Positions 32,290 through 41,304 of a stretch of DNA of 41,664 bases are shown in pieces. This DNA comes from an uncultured Micavibrio sp. (GTDB lineage Bacteria > Patescibacteriota > Minisyncoccia > Moranbacterales > GCA-2747515). The notes under the pieces were generated by a model. It saw only the letters and a program-made list of their open reading frames with translations. It had not been told where the DNA came from and ran no database searches. The stretch spans positions 1 to 41,664 of the forward strand of contig CAYRUU010000003.1 of NCBI GenBank assembly GCA_964427825.1, given 5' to 3'. Every line of letters starts with the position of its first letter. The first letter of the stretch is position 1. A program made the translations under genes and the position numbers.

Positions 32290-32997
32290 TTATTGCCCGT
32301 TATGGTGGAGCATAATTTCCGCAAAGCGATCGTCTTGCCTTGCAATGATGATTTTTTGCTTCACCAATTCCAAGAGCGCCAAAAACGACACTACCACATC
32401 CACCCGCGACTTTGCCGCGGCGGTCAATTCCGAAAACGCCACCGTCACGCGCGTGCGCACACTCTCTTGAATCGCCGCAATGCGCTTTTCCAGAGACACC
32501 ACATCGCTAACGATCCGCTTTTCCATATCTTCCAAACGTGGAATGGTATGCAGCGCTCGCGCAAACGCCATATGGAGCGCCGCACCATCAACGCCCGGCG
32601 GTGGACAAAACAGCGGCGCCTGTCCCCATATACCGTCATTGCCATAACTCGCCGACGACGAGGCCATAAACACCGCAAAGTGCGCATGGTTATCTTTGAA
32701 CGCTTTCAATGCCGCCAATTGCCGCTCCAGTTCGCGCACATCTTGTTCCTCGTCGTCGTCCAACTGTAAAAGCGGCAACAGCGCATACGACTTCACCAAG
32801 ATCAATTTTGCCGCCACCGACAAAAATCCCGCCATATTGTGCAGGGAAATATCCTCATGCGCCTTCACATACGCCACGTACTGATCCGTAATTGCCGCAA
32901 GCGACACGCGCGTAATGTCCATTTTTTGCCGCTCAATCAAGTCCAACAATAAATCCAACGGACCCTCAAATTGTGCAGTTTTGACCACATATGTCAT
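32290..32997 (-). CDS. scpA: Segregation and condensation protein A
   Basis: The ATG at 32997 gives MTYVVKTAQFEGPLDLLLDLIERQKMDITRVSLAAITDQY. The ORF track starts 15 codons upstream. Confidence 0.85.
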   Translation of the reverse strand: MTYVVKTAQFEGPLDLLLDLIERQKMDITRVSLAAITDQYVAYVKAHEDISLHNMAGFLSVAAKLILVKSYALLPLLQLDDDEEQDVRELERQLAALKAFKDNHAHFAVFMASSSASYGNDGIWGQAPLFCPPPGVDGAALHMAFARALHTIPRLEDMEKRIVSDVVSLEKRIAAIQESVRTRVTVAFSELTAAAKSRVDVVVSFLALLELVKQKIIIARQDDRFAEIMLHHNGQ

Positions 32998-33041
32998 ACA
33001 TGTCCCAGTATACCACCCCAAGGAGAAAAGGAAAGGAATCA

Positions 33042-34097
33042 CTACACAATCACCCCGCCACCGAGGCAGGTGTCGCCGTCATAGAAAACGGCGTATTGCC
33101 CGGGTGTGATGGACTGATCTTTGGTGTCCAAAACCACATGTGCTGCATCGCCGTCGCGCACTGTCACTTTCGCGCCATACATCTGCGCGCTGTGGCGGAT
33201 TTTGACCTGCATTGTCTGCGTCGCGGGTGGCGCGCCGCTGATCCAGTTGATGCCCGTAACATCACACGTGTCCCGCCGCTGATCGGCGCCCGTGTAGCCG
33301 TGCGTGATGTACACGATATTGCGCGCGACGTCCTTGCCACACACATACCACGGTCCGTTGTTGACGCTGATGCCGTGGCGCTGCCCGATGGTGTAGAAAT
33401 AAAAGCCTTCATGTGTCCCCAGCTCCTTGCCGGTCTCTTGCTCCACAAACACGCCAGGGCGCACACCGAGATGCGCTTTGACAAAATCATGAAAGGAAAT
33501 CTTACCTAAAAAGCATATGCCCTGCGAATCCTTGCGCGTTGCCGCCGGGAGATTGTGCGCCATCGCATAGGCGCGCACCTCACTCTTGTGCATCGTGCCG
33601 ATGGGAAAGCGCACGCGGCGCAGTTGCTCTTGTCGCATCATGGCAAGAAAGTATGTTTGATCTTTCACCGGATCCGGCGCACGCAGCAAGCGCACCATAC
33701 CACCCTTTCCCATCACCGTCTGTGCATAGTGCCCCGACGCAATCGCATCAAACGCATGTCCATATCGCTCGTCAAAGATGCCAAACTTCACTTCCCTGTT
33801 GCACAGCATGTCCGGGTTTGGCGTCACGCCGGATGCCACAGCGTCAATCGTGTGGCGCACCACATACGCATGGTATTCCCTCTGCAGCGGCACCACACGC
33901 AGCGGCACACCCAAAAGATCGCACGTTGCCTGTGCGTAGCGCAGATCCTCTTCCCACGGACACGTGCCCAGAAATGCAACATCATTTTCAAGCCAAATCT
34001 TCAAATAAAACGCCGTCACGGTGTACCCCTCTGTCACAAGCCGATGGAGTGCCACGGAACTGTCTACGCCGCCGCTCAAAAGTACCGCAATAGTCAT
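33042..34097 (-). CDS. mnmA: tRNA 2-thiouridine(34) synthase MnmA
   Basis: The ATG at 34097 gives MTIAVLLSGGVDSSVA (PP-loop). KDSQGICFLG motif is present. The ORF track starts at a GTG 3 codons upstream. Confidence 0.9.
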   Translation of the reverse strand: MTIAVLLSGGVDSSVALHRLVTEGYTVTAFYLKIWLENDVAFLGTCPWEEDLRYAQATCDLLGVPLRVVPLQREYHAYVVRHTIDAVASGVTPNPDMLCNREVKFGIFDERYGHAFDAIASGHYAQTVMGKGGMVRLLRAPDPVKDQTYFLAMMRQEQLRRVRFPIGTMHKSEVRAYAMAHNLPAATRKDSQGICFLGKISFHDFVKAHLGVRPGVFVEQETGKELGTHEGFYFYTIGQRHGISVNNGPWYVCGKDVARNIVYITHGYTGADQRRDTCDVTGINWISGAPPATQTMQVKIRHSAQMYGAKVTVRDGDAAHVVLDTKDQSITPGQYAVFYDGDTCLGGGVIV

Positions 34098-34109
34098 ATG
34101 CCGCACATA

Positions 34110-34238
34110 CTACCGAAAGATCACATCAAACACTGACTCATCCAAAAGAAAACGCCACAGCACCGCCAAGATGATGATGTAGAGAATGAGATAGATGATA
34201 CCGCGAATCACCACGTTGCGTATTTTCATTTTTTTCAT
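34110..34238 (-). CDS. 42-aa single-TM microprotein, apparently translationally coupled to dus
   Basis: MKKMKIRNVVIRGIIYLILYIIILAVLWRFLLDESVFDVIFR. Its ATG (34238-34236) overlaps the dus TGA (34237-34235) as ATGA. Its stop is 12 nt before the mnmA ATG. Confidence 0.45.
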   Translation of the reverse strand: MKKMKIRNVVIRGIIYLILYIIILAVLWRFLLDESVFDVIFR

Positions 34239-35215
34239 AGAGTGTCGTGTGTGTGTAAAAATGCGCGGACCGTGCGCTCCACATCTGCCGCGCATACTGC
34301 ATCCATCAACGCCGCGCGCAATGCGCTCGCACCGTCAAATCCGGACACATATGCCTTGTAATGCTTCTTCATAATAGCAAAATTTTTCACGCCCGCAAAC
34401 AGCCGCTCAAAGCGCTGTGTGTGTGCAACCATCATGTGCAGACGCTCTGCCACGGTGCGCCCGCTACCACTGTCCGCCGTAAACACCCACGGATTGCCAA
34501 AAATACCTCGTCCGATCATGACACCGTCACACCCGTGCGCCGCCGCCAGCTGTGCGCCGTCCGCCACAGTGCATACATCGCCATTGCCCATAAGTAGCGT
34601 CTGTGGCGCCAGGGTATCGCGTATCGCCACAATGCGCGACATCAGATCCCAATGCGCGCCCACATCGCTCATCTCTTTTTGCGTGCGCAAATGTACCGCA
34701 ATTGCGGGAATGTGTAAATCCAAAAGTGTCGGCAACCACGTGTCAATACTCTCCGTCTTGTAGCCGATGCGTGTTTTCACACTCACCGGCATCTCACCGG
34801 CACCAGCACGCGCGGCATGCACAAGGTCGCACGCCAACGCGGGATCATTAATCAGCGCAGCGCCCGCCCCCATTTTCACCACATTTTTCTCCGGACAACC
34901 CATATTGATGTCCACACCGTCAAAACCGCACGCACGTATCACACGCGCCGCCGCCTCATATGCCGCCGGATCCGTGCCGAAAATCTGCGCCACAATCGGA
35001 CGCTCAGCATCCGTATACCACAAATGCTGTGCCAATTTTTCTCGCCCTACGGGATGCGCAAGTCCCTCCGCGCTCACAAACTCCGTATACGTCACATCCG
35101 GCGCACCGCACTGCGCAATCACCGCGCGAAACGCCGCATCTGTCACATCATACATCGGCGCCAACGCAAAAAACGGCTTTGTCAATTGTCCCCAAAATCC
35201 TTGTGTCATATCCAC
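34235..35215 (-). CDS. tRNA-dihydrouridine synthase
   Basis: 326 aa. LAPMYDVTD, VAQIFG, DGVDINMGCPEKNV (catalytic Cys), VSVKTRIG. Confidence 0.85.
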   Translation of the reverse strand: MDMTQGFWGQLTKPFFALAPMYDVTDAAFRAVIAQCGAPDVTYTEFVSAEGLAHPVGREKLAQHLWYTDAERPIVAQIFGTDPAAYEAAARVIRACGFDGVDINMGCPEKNVVKMGAGAALINDPALACDLVHAARAGAGEMPVSVKTRIGYKTESIDTWLPTLLDLHIPAIAVHLRTQKEMSDVGAHWDLMSRIVAIRDTLAPQTLLMGNGDVCTVADGAQLAAAHGCDGVMIGRGIFGNPWVFTADSGSGRTVAERLHMMVAHTQRFERLFAGVKNFAIMKKHYKAYVSGFDGASALRAALMDAVCAADVERTVRAFLHTHDTL

Positions 35216-35328
35216 TCCAGTATACGGATTTTTGCAAAAAACTCAACCGACGCTACCACACACCACTATCACCGCGTGCACACAAAAAAGCAGCCGCATT
35301 GCAGCTATTTACCCATACAATGGTCACA

Positions 35329-36474
35329 CTATTTCACAATGGGCAACGTGAGTGTGTCCTTGCCGCGTACCACCGTGAGTTCCACCGTGTCTGTCGGTTT
35401 ATATCCACGCAACACACGCGCCAAAACATTGCGCATACCATCAAGCTGCTTGTCATTCACTGCCGTAATGATGTCGCCAACATGGATGCCACTGCGCGCA
35501 CCACGCGACGTCACAGGTACAGTAAGCACACGCGCGCCATCGTGCACCGTCAGCGCTTCCACAGCAACATCCACAACAGTCAGTGTTGCATATTCCACGC
35601 CAAGTGTCATTGAGTCCGACACGAAAGTTTTTTGCGTCTGTGGTACGGCTTGCCCCAACTGCAGGTAATGTCCGAAGCTTTCATACACATCATTTGCTGC
35701 CACAGCATAATAGATTGTCTCCGCTTCCGTCGTGTCTGTTTCTGGCAGTACCTTGCGTGCAATGAGTCCCACCATATTCCCTTGGTAATCCACCACTGGT
35801 GCACCCATAGCAGCGGCAAGCACGGTGTCGGCAAAATCAATCGCCAAAACACCTTGCACATAGTCGGAACTCGGTGATTGTATGCTAAAGTGCGGCATGG
35901 CGCCCATCACACCACCGGCAGAAAACGACGTCTGCGTGCCGGTACGATCGCGCGCCACGCTGATAAGACGCTTACCGCTCTGTGCGTCATCAGAGTTGGC
36001 AAAGGCAATGGTTGGCAAATTTTGCGCATCCACACGCAAAAACGCCAACCCACTATACACATCACGGTACAATGATGTTGCCTCCTTGACGGTGCCATCG
36101 GCAAACGTCACGTAGACAGTCGCCATCTGCGGCACAAGCGCAGACACCGTGGCAATCACGCCGTCGCTGCTGACAATAATACCATTACCCTCGGATAGGA
36201 TCGTGGACTTTTCTCCCACTGCCGCAACATGCACCACGGTCGCCGCCGGCGTTTGCGCAATATCAGCAATAGATTCACTGTTTTGTACCACGACTTTTTC
36301 TGTTTGCTTGATGATGTGCAAACGGTTGTCCATGGATTTCACAAACGGCGACTGTGACCACACGGGGTGTGTGGCAACCTTGCCATAAAAGACATAATTG
36401 AAGAGAAACCCTCCAAGCGTTCCGCTTATAAGCATCATAAGCACCACACCCACCACGATCATTATTTTTTTCAT
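35329..36474 (-). CDS. HtrA/DegP-like protein with a PDZ domain but a substituted catalytic triad (predicted pseudoprotease), membrane-anchored
   Basis: 381 aa from the ATG at 36474 (MKKIMIVVGVVLMMLISG...). It aligns collinearly with the active HtrA at 40024-41283, but H, D and S are replaced by A, G and M. The longer ORF-track start overlaps the upstream gene. Confidence 0.8.
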   Translation of the reverse strand: MKKIMIVVGVVLMMLISGTLGGFLFNYVFYGKVATHPVWSQSPFVKSMDNRLHIIKQTEKVVVQNSESIADIAQTPAATVVHVAAVGEKSTILSEGNGIIVSSDGVIATVSALVPQMATVYVTFADGTVKEATSLYRDVYSGLAFLRVDAQNLPTIAFANSDDAQSGKRLISVARDRTGTQTSFSAGGVMGAMPHFSIQSPSSDYVQGVLAIDFADTVLAAAMGAPVVDYQGNMVGLIARKVLPETDTTEAETIYYAVAANDVYESFGHYLQLGQAVPQTQKTFVSDSMTLGVEYATLTVVDVAVEALTVHDGARVLTVPVTSRGARSGIHVGDIITAVNDKQLDGMRNVLARVLRGYKPTDTVELTVVRGKDTLTLPIVK

Positions 36475-36554
36475 AATATGTTGATCACAAGAATAAGGAT
36501 CCCATGCGCGCCGTACACATCCACCGCACATCTCCCCATCAGTATACGCGCTTT

Positions 36555-37304
36555 TTAATTGACAAGCAACCACTGCGTCGTTAAAAGCACAGCAATCGTC
36601 AAGATGATGCAATACGTCAGCGTCACAATGATGCGTTTTTTGGACAACGTCCCCAAAAATTCCATTTGGACAAGATCCCACAACACGTAGTAAAACAGCA
36701 GTGTAATGACGGCAGTCGTCAAATAGCCAAAGGGCCAAAAATTCGTCATCCACACACATTGGATCATCCCAAATGCAATCACGGCGCTATAAAGCCCAAT
36801 ACGACGATAGTCACTCACATAGGCACGCAGTGACAAAAATGTCACACCACCAATAAAGACAAAGTGTGCAATGATGAACAGCCACAGCGGAATATTGAAG
36901 TTGATATAGAAGCCATAGGACGCAGCATAGAACATGAACACCGTGGCAATCAGCGTCGCCGAAAAAATACTGCGCGCCGTCATGTCATAGGGATTTTTGC
37001 AAATGCGCTTGATGCCGAAAAGTGCCACATAAAAAAGCGCAATCACCAAGCCCACAAAAATGTACTGTTCGGTAGTATTGTCAATGAAATACAGAAGCGC
37101 CATCGCTGCAAAACTGATCGCCACCGGCAACACGGCAAACACTCCCATACGCCCGATCTGCCACCCAGAAAAACCCGCCACTGCAAGCACAGCAAATGCG
37201 ACAGGCATGCCATAGCGCATATCGCCGGACATTGCCGCGACAACCGCTGCCATACCAACGCCAAAAACAATTGTGTACAGACTTGCGCGAAGATGTGTGA
37301 TCAT
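36555..37304 (-). CDS. Hypothetical polytopic membrane protein (about 8 TM segments)
   Basis: 249 aa, almost entirely hydrophobic helices. I recognise no family. Confidence 0.7.
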   Translation of the reverse strand: MITHLRASLYTIVFGVGMAAVVAAMSGDMRYGMPVAFAVLAVAGFSGWQIGRMGVFAVLPVAISFAAMALLYFIDNTTEQYIFVGLVIALFYVALFGIKRICKNPYDMTARSIFSATLIATVFMFYAASYGFYINFNIPLWLFIIAHFVFIGGVTFLSLRAYVSDYRRIGLYSAVIAFGMIQCVWMTNFWPFGYLTTAVITLLFYYVLWDLVQMEFLGTLSKKRIIVTLTYCIILTIAVLLTTQWLLVN

Positions 37305-37308
37305 ACCA

Positions 37309-39963
37309 TTATGTTTGTTGTGACGATGTCTTCTTGCGCGCCGCGCGCGGGCTTTTTTTACTTGTCTCCTTGACGATCCGCACGACGTCGTCCTGTAGCG
37401 CCACCGTCACGCGATCGTCCGCCACCACAGTGCCGGACACAATGTCCATTGCTAACGGATCCAGGATGTCCCGTTGAATGACGCGCTTCAATGGTCGCGC
37501 ACCAAATGCGGGATCATAGCCGCGACGCGCAACCATGTTGCGCACATCCGGTGCGATGGTCACAGTAATCCGCTCTTGTGCAAGCCGCCGAACAACGCTC
37601 GCCAGCTGAATATCTACTATATGTGCAATCATCTCTTCTGTCAATGCATGAAACACGATAATGTCGTCAATGCGATTTAAGAACTCCGGCTTAAAACGCT
37701 TTTGCAACTGCGCCATCACAGCATCGTGAACGCGCGTGTCTGTCGTGGCGTCGCGTCCCTGTTGGTGTGCGTCAAAAATATCTTGACTGCCAACATTGGA
37801 TGTCATGATAATCACCGTATTCTTAAAGTTGACAACACGCCCCTTACTGTCCGTTAGTCGTCCATCGTCCAAAATTTGCAGAAACACGTGAAACACATCC
37901 GGGTGTGCCTTTTCAATCTCATCAAATAGCACCACACTGTACGGTCGTCGACGAATAACCTCGGTCAATTGCCCGCCGTCATCGTGTCCCACATAGCCGG
38001 GCGGCGACCCAATCATCTTGGACACAGCATGTGCCTCCATGTACTCGCTCATGTCAATCCGCACCAATGCCTTATCATCATCAAAAAGAAATGCCGCAAG
38101 CGCCTTTGCCAGTTCTGTCTTGCCTACACCAGTCGGTCCCAAGAAAAGAAACGATGCAATCGGACGGTTGACATCACCGATGCCAGCGCGTGATCGGCGC
38201 ACAGCATTGGATACCGCGCGAATCGCCTCTTCCTGTCCCACCACACGCTCCGCCAAGCTGCGCTCCATCGTCGTAAGACGCTCCATCTCACTATCCAGCA
38301 TCTTGGCTGCAGGCACGCCGGTCCACCGTGACACCACGCGCGCCACATCTTCCGCTGTTACCTCTTCTTTCAAAATGCCACCATCGCGCCGTAGACGTGC
38401 CAATTGTTCCTCCGCCGCATGCATGGCCTTTTCCGCTTCGGGAATTTTGCCGTAACGAATTTCCGCAACCTTGTCAAAATCACCCTCCCGTTCGCGATTC
38501 TCCGCATCCGTGCGTAATTTTTCAATAGTACTCTGTGTATCGCGTATGGCAAAAATGGCATCTTTTTCAGCGTTCCACTGCGCCGTCATTTGTTCTGATC
38601 GCTCTGTAACCTCCGCCAATTCCTTGTCAATCTGTATAATTTTTGCCGCATTGTCAGCCCCTTCCTCCTTTTCCAACGCCTTTTTCTCAATCGCCAAACG
38701 GCGGATCGTGCGATGCATCGTGTCAATCTCCGTCGGCATGGAATCAATCTCCATACGTAATGCCGACGCCGCCTCATCAATCACATCCACCGCCTTGTCT
38801 GGCAAAAAGCGCTCCGTGATGTAGCGGCCGGAAAGTTCTACCGCCGCAATCACCGCATCGTCTGTGATACGCACACCGTGATGCAGTTCGTACTTCTCCT
38901 TCACACCGCGCAAAATGGCAATCGTATCCTCCGGCGTCGGCTCGTCCACCATCACCGGCTGAAACCGCCGCTCCAGTGCCGCATCTTTTTCAATGTATTT
39001 TTGATATTCTTTGAGTGTTGTGGCGCCAATGGTACGGATTTGTCCGCGCGCAAGCGCCGGCTTCAGCATATTGGAGGCATCCATGGCACCATCCGTCGCA
39101 CCAGCACCCACCAGCGTATGCATTTCATCAATGAAAAGGATCATGCGCCCGTGCGATGCGTCCAGCTCTTTCAAAAGCGCCTTGAGACGATCTTCAAATT
39201 CGCCGCGATACTTTGCACCCGCGATCAGTTGCCCCAGATCCAACGCCAAAATCTCCTTATCTTTCAATGGCTCCGGCACGTCGCCTGCAACAATCCGCTG
39301 TGCCAACCCTTCCACAATTGCCGTCTTGCCCGTGCCGGGCTCGCCCAGAAGTACGGGGTTGTTCTTCGTGCGGCGTGACAAAATTTGCATCACGCGCCGC
39401 ACCTCGGCATCCCGCCCGATAATCGGATCCATGTCATCACGTCGCGCACGCTCCGTAAGATTGATCGTGTATTTTTCCACCGTGTGCATACTGCCTTCCG
39501 GATCCGCGGAATCCACACGTTGCGCACCACGCACACGCGCCAAGCTCTCCTGAAACGTCTCCACCGTCACGTCAAATTCAGCGCATACACTCGCCACAAC
39601 GGCATCGGCGTCCAAAATGCCCACAAAGAGGTGCTCTGTGGAAATGTACGTGTCACCCATGCGCTGCATCGCCTCCTGCGCTACGGTGATGACATTCCCA
39701 AGCTCCTGCGAACCGCGCACATCCGTTGGTACGCTCTGCACACGTGTCGTTTGCTGTTGTGCCACTTCGATCAAACGCGCATCCATACGCTCCAACGGCA
39801 CACCACTCTGCTGCAACACACTGCGCACCATACCGTCCTTTTGGCGCACCAAAGCCAGCGCCACGTGCACCGGAAGAATGTACTGTCCCTGCATCTGCAC
39901 AACAAGACGTTGCGCGTCGTGAATCGCCTCCTGCGATTTGGTTGTGAATTGATTGCCGTTCAT
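37309..39963 (-). CDS. clpB: ATP-dependent chaperone/disaggregase ClpB
   Basis: 884 aa. Clp N-domain, two AAA+ modules (GEPGTGKTA, GPTGVGKTE) and a long middle coiled coil between them. Confidence 0.95.
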   Translation of the reverse strand: MNGNQFTTKSQEAIHDAQRLVVQMQGQYILPVHVALALVRQKDGMVRSVLQQSGVPLERMDARLIEVAQQQTTRVQSVPTDVRGSQELGNVITVAQEAMQRMGDTYISTEHLFVGILDADAVVASVCAEFDVTVETFQESLARVRGAQRVDSADPEGSMHTVEKYTINLTERARRDDMDPIIGRDAEVRRVMQILSRRTKNNPVLLGEPGTGKTAIVEGLAQRIVAGDVPEPLKDKEILALDLGQLIAGAKYRGEFEDRLKALLKELDASHGRMILFIDEMHTLVGAGATDGAMDASNMLKPALARGQIRTIGATTLKEYQKYIEKDAALERRFQPVMVDEPTPEDTIAILRGVKEKYELHHGVRITDDAVIAAVELSGRYITERFLPDKAVDVIDEAASALRMEIDSMPTEIDTMHRTIRRLAIEKKALEKEEGADNAAKIIQIDKELAEVTERSEQMTAQWNAEKDAIFAIRDTQSTIEKLRTDAENREREGDFDKVAEIRYGKIPEAEKAMHAAEEQLARLRRDGGILKEEVTAEDVARVVSRWTGVPAAKMLDSEMERLTTMERSLAERVVGQEEAIRAVSNAVRRSRAGIGDVNRPIASFLFLGPTGVGKTELAKALAAFLFDDDKALVRIDMSEYMEAHAVSKMIGSPPGYVGHDDGGQLTEVIRRRPYSVVLFDEIEKAHPDVFHVFLQILDDGRLTDSKGRVVNFKNTVIIMTSNVGSQDIFDAHQQGRDATTDTRVHDAVMAQLQKRFKPEFLNRIDDIIVFHALTEEMIAHIVDIQLASVVRRLAQERITVTIAPDVRNMVARRGYDPAFGARPLKRVIQRDILDPLAMDIVSGTVVADDRVTVALQDDVVRIVKETSKKSPRAARKKTSSQQT

Positions 39964-40023
39964 AGCGTAGTGCTGTTATATAGAGAGACACCGCGTGTCA
40001 TGACCAATGCACAACACCGCACG

Positions 40024-41283
40024 TTACTTCTTGCTTTTTTCCTCCAATGTGACGGAAATAGTTTTTTCTTGCCCCTTGTGCCACAAACGTAGCGACACCG
40101 TGTCGCCCGGTTTATGCTTTGCAATCACGTGTGCCAAAGCATTGGTATCATCAATCGTCACGCCATCCATGCTCAAGATAATGTCATTTTCCACAATGCC
40201 CGCCTTGTCCGCCGGCGATCCGGGCTGCACGGCAAAGTCCGTAATGGACTGTCCACGCACCACAAGCACACCGTGTGTGTAGTTCACACCCAATGCCTTG
40301 CGAATCTCATCATTGATCGGCAAATAACGCACGCCGAGAAATGGGCGGGAAATCTTGCCCGTGGCGCGCACATCATCAATCAATTGCGTAACGTGATTGA
40401 TGGGAATAGCAAAACCGACATTTTCCGCGCCCTGTGCCACGGCAGTATTGATGCCAATCACATGTCCTTGCGCATCCAATAGCGGCCCGCCAGAGTTGCC
40501 CGGGTTAATCGCCGCATCCGTTTGAATGATGTTGTTGAGTTGCTCCATTTCGCCAAAACCGCCACCAGCTGTGATCGTGCGACTCATGCCGGACACGATA
40601 CCGCGACTGACAGAGTGAGAAAATTCTCCCAGTGAATAACCGATGGCAATCACCGTCTGCCCGATCTTCACCTCATCAGAATTACCAATCGTCACCGCCG
40701 TGTAGTTGTCACCGTCAATTTTCAATACGGCAAAATCCAAAATGTCATCCACTGCCAAAATAGTCGCATTGTGTTCCGCGCCATCTTGTGTGATCACAGT
40801 GTACTGCGCCGTTGGATCTGCCACAACATGCCGATTGGTAACAATCATCCCATGTGATGATACAAAGAAACCCGTACCGCTCCCGACTTTTTGTTTTTCG
40901 GGCTGCTCATTCTGCGGCACTTGCGGTTGTTGTGGTACGCCAAAGAAGAGATCCAACGGGGAGAGCATTGCGCGATATTGCGGTACATCTTTTGACACAA
41001 CAATACTCACGACTGATGGGGACACTTCTTCCACCACTGACACAATATCATCACCATCATAACTGACTGCGGCGGATGTCCCTGGTGCTATTGCCGTGAC
41101 AACGGGCTGCATCTGTGTAGTGCGCAGCGGCATAATAAAAGCGCCATAGAAATACGCACATACCGCCGTGGCAGCAACCGCACCGGCGACAATGGCTACA
41201 AAAAATGTGCGACGCACATCACTGTGCAGTGCATGCGCGCGAGACGATTGCTCGCCATCGGTAATGGTCGTGAGGTCTTCCAT
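40024..41283 (-). CDS. htrA: HtrA/DegP-family serine protease with a PDZ domain (intact triad), membrane-anchored
   Basis: 419 aa. VTNRHVV (His), DFAVLKI (Asp), GNSGGPLL (Ser). C-terminal PDZ domain. N-terminal TM segment. Confidence 0.9.
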   Translation of the reverse strand: MEDLTTITDGEQSSRAHALHSDVRRTFFVAIVAGAVAATAVCAYFYGAFIMPLRTTQMQPVVTAIAPGTSAAVSYDGDDIVSVVEEVSPSVVSIVVSKDVPQYRAMLSPLDLFFGVPQQPQVPQNEQPEKQKVGSGTGFFVSSHGMIVTNRHVVADPTAQYTVITQDGAEHNATILAVDDILDFAVLKIDGDNYTAVTIGNSDEVKIGQTVIAIGYSLGEFSHSVSRGIVSGMSRTITAGGGFGEMEQLNNIIQTDAAINPGNSGGPLLDAQGHVIGINTAVAQGAENVGFAIPINHVTQLIDDVRATGKISRPFLGVRYLPINDEIRKALGVNYTHGVLVVRGQSITDFAVQPGSPADKAGIVENDIILSMDGVTIDDTNALAHVIAKHKPGDTVSLRLWHKGQEKTISVTLEEKSKK

Positions 41284-41304
41284 AGATTTTACAATTGTTA
41301 TTGC

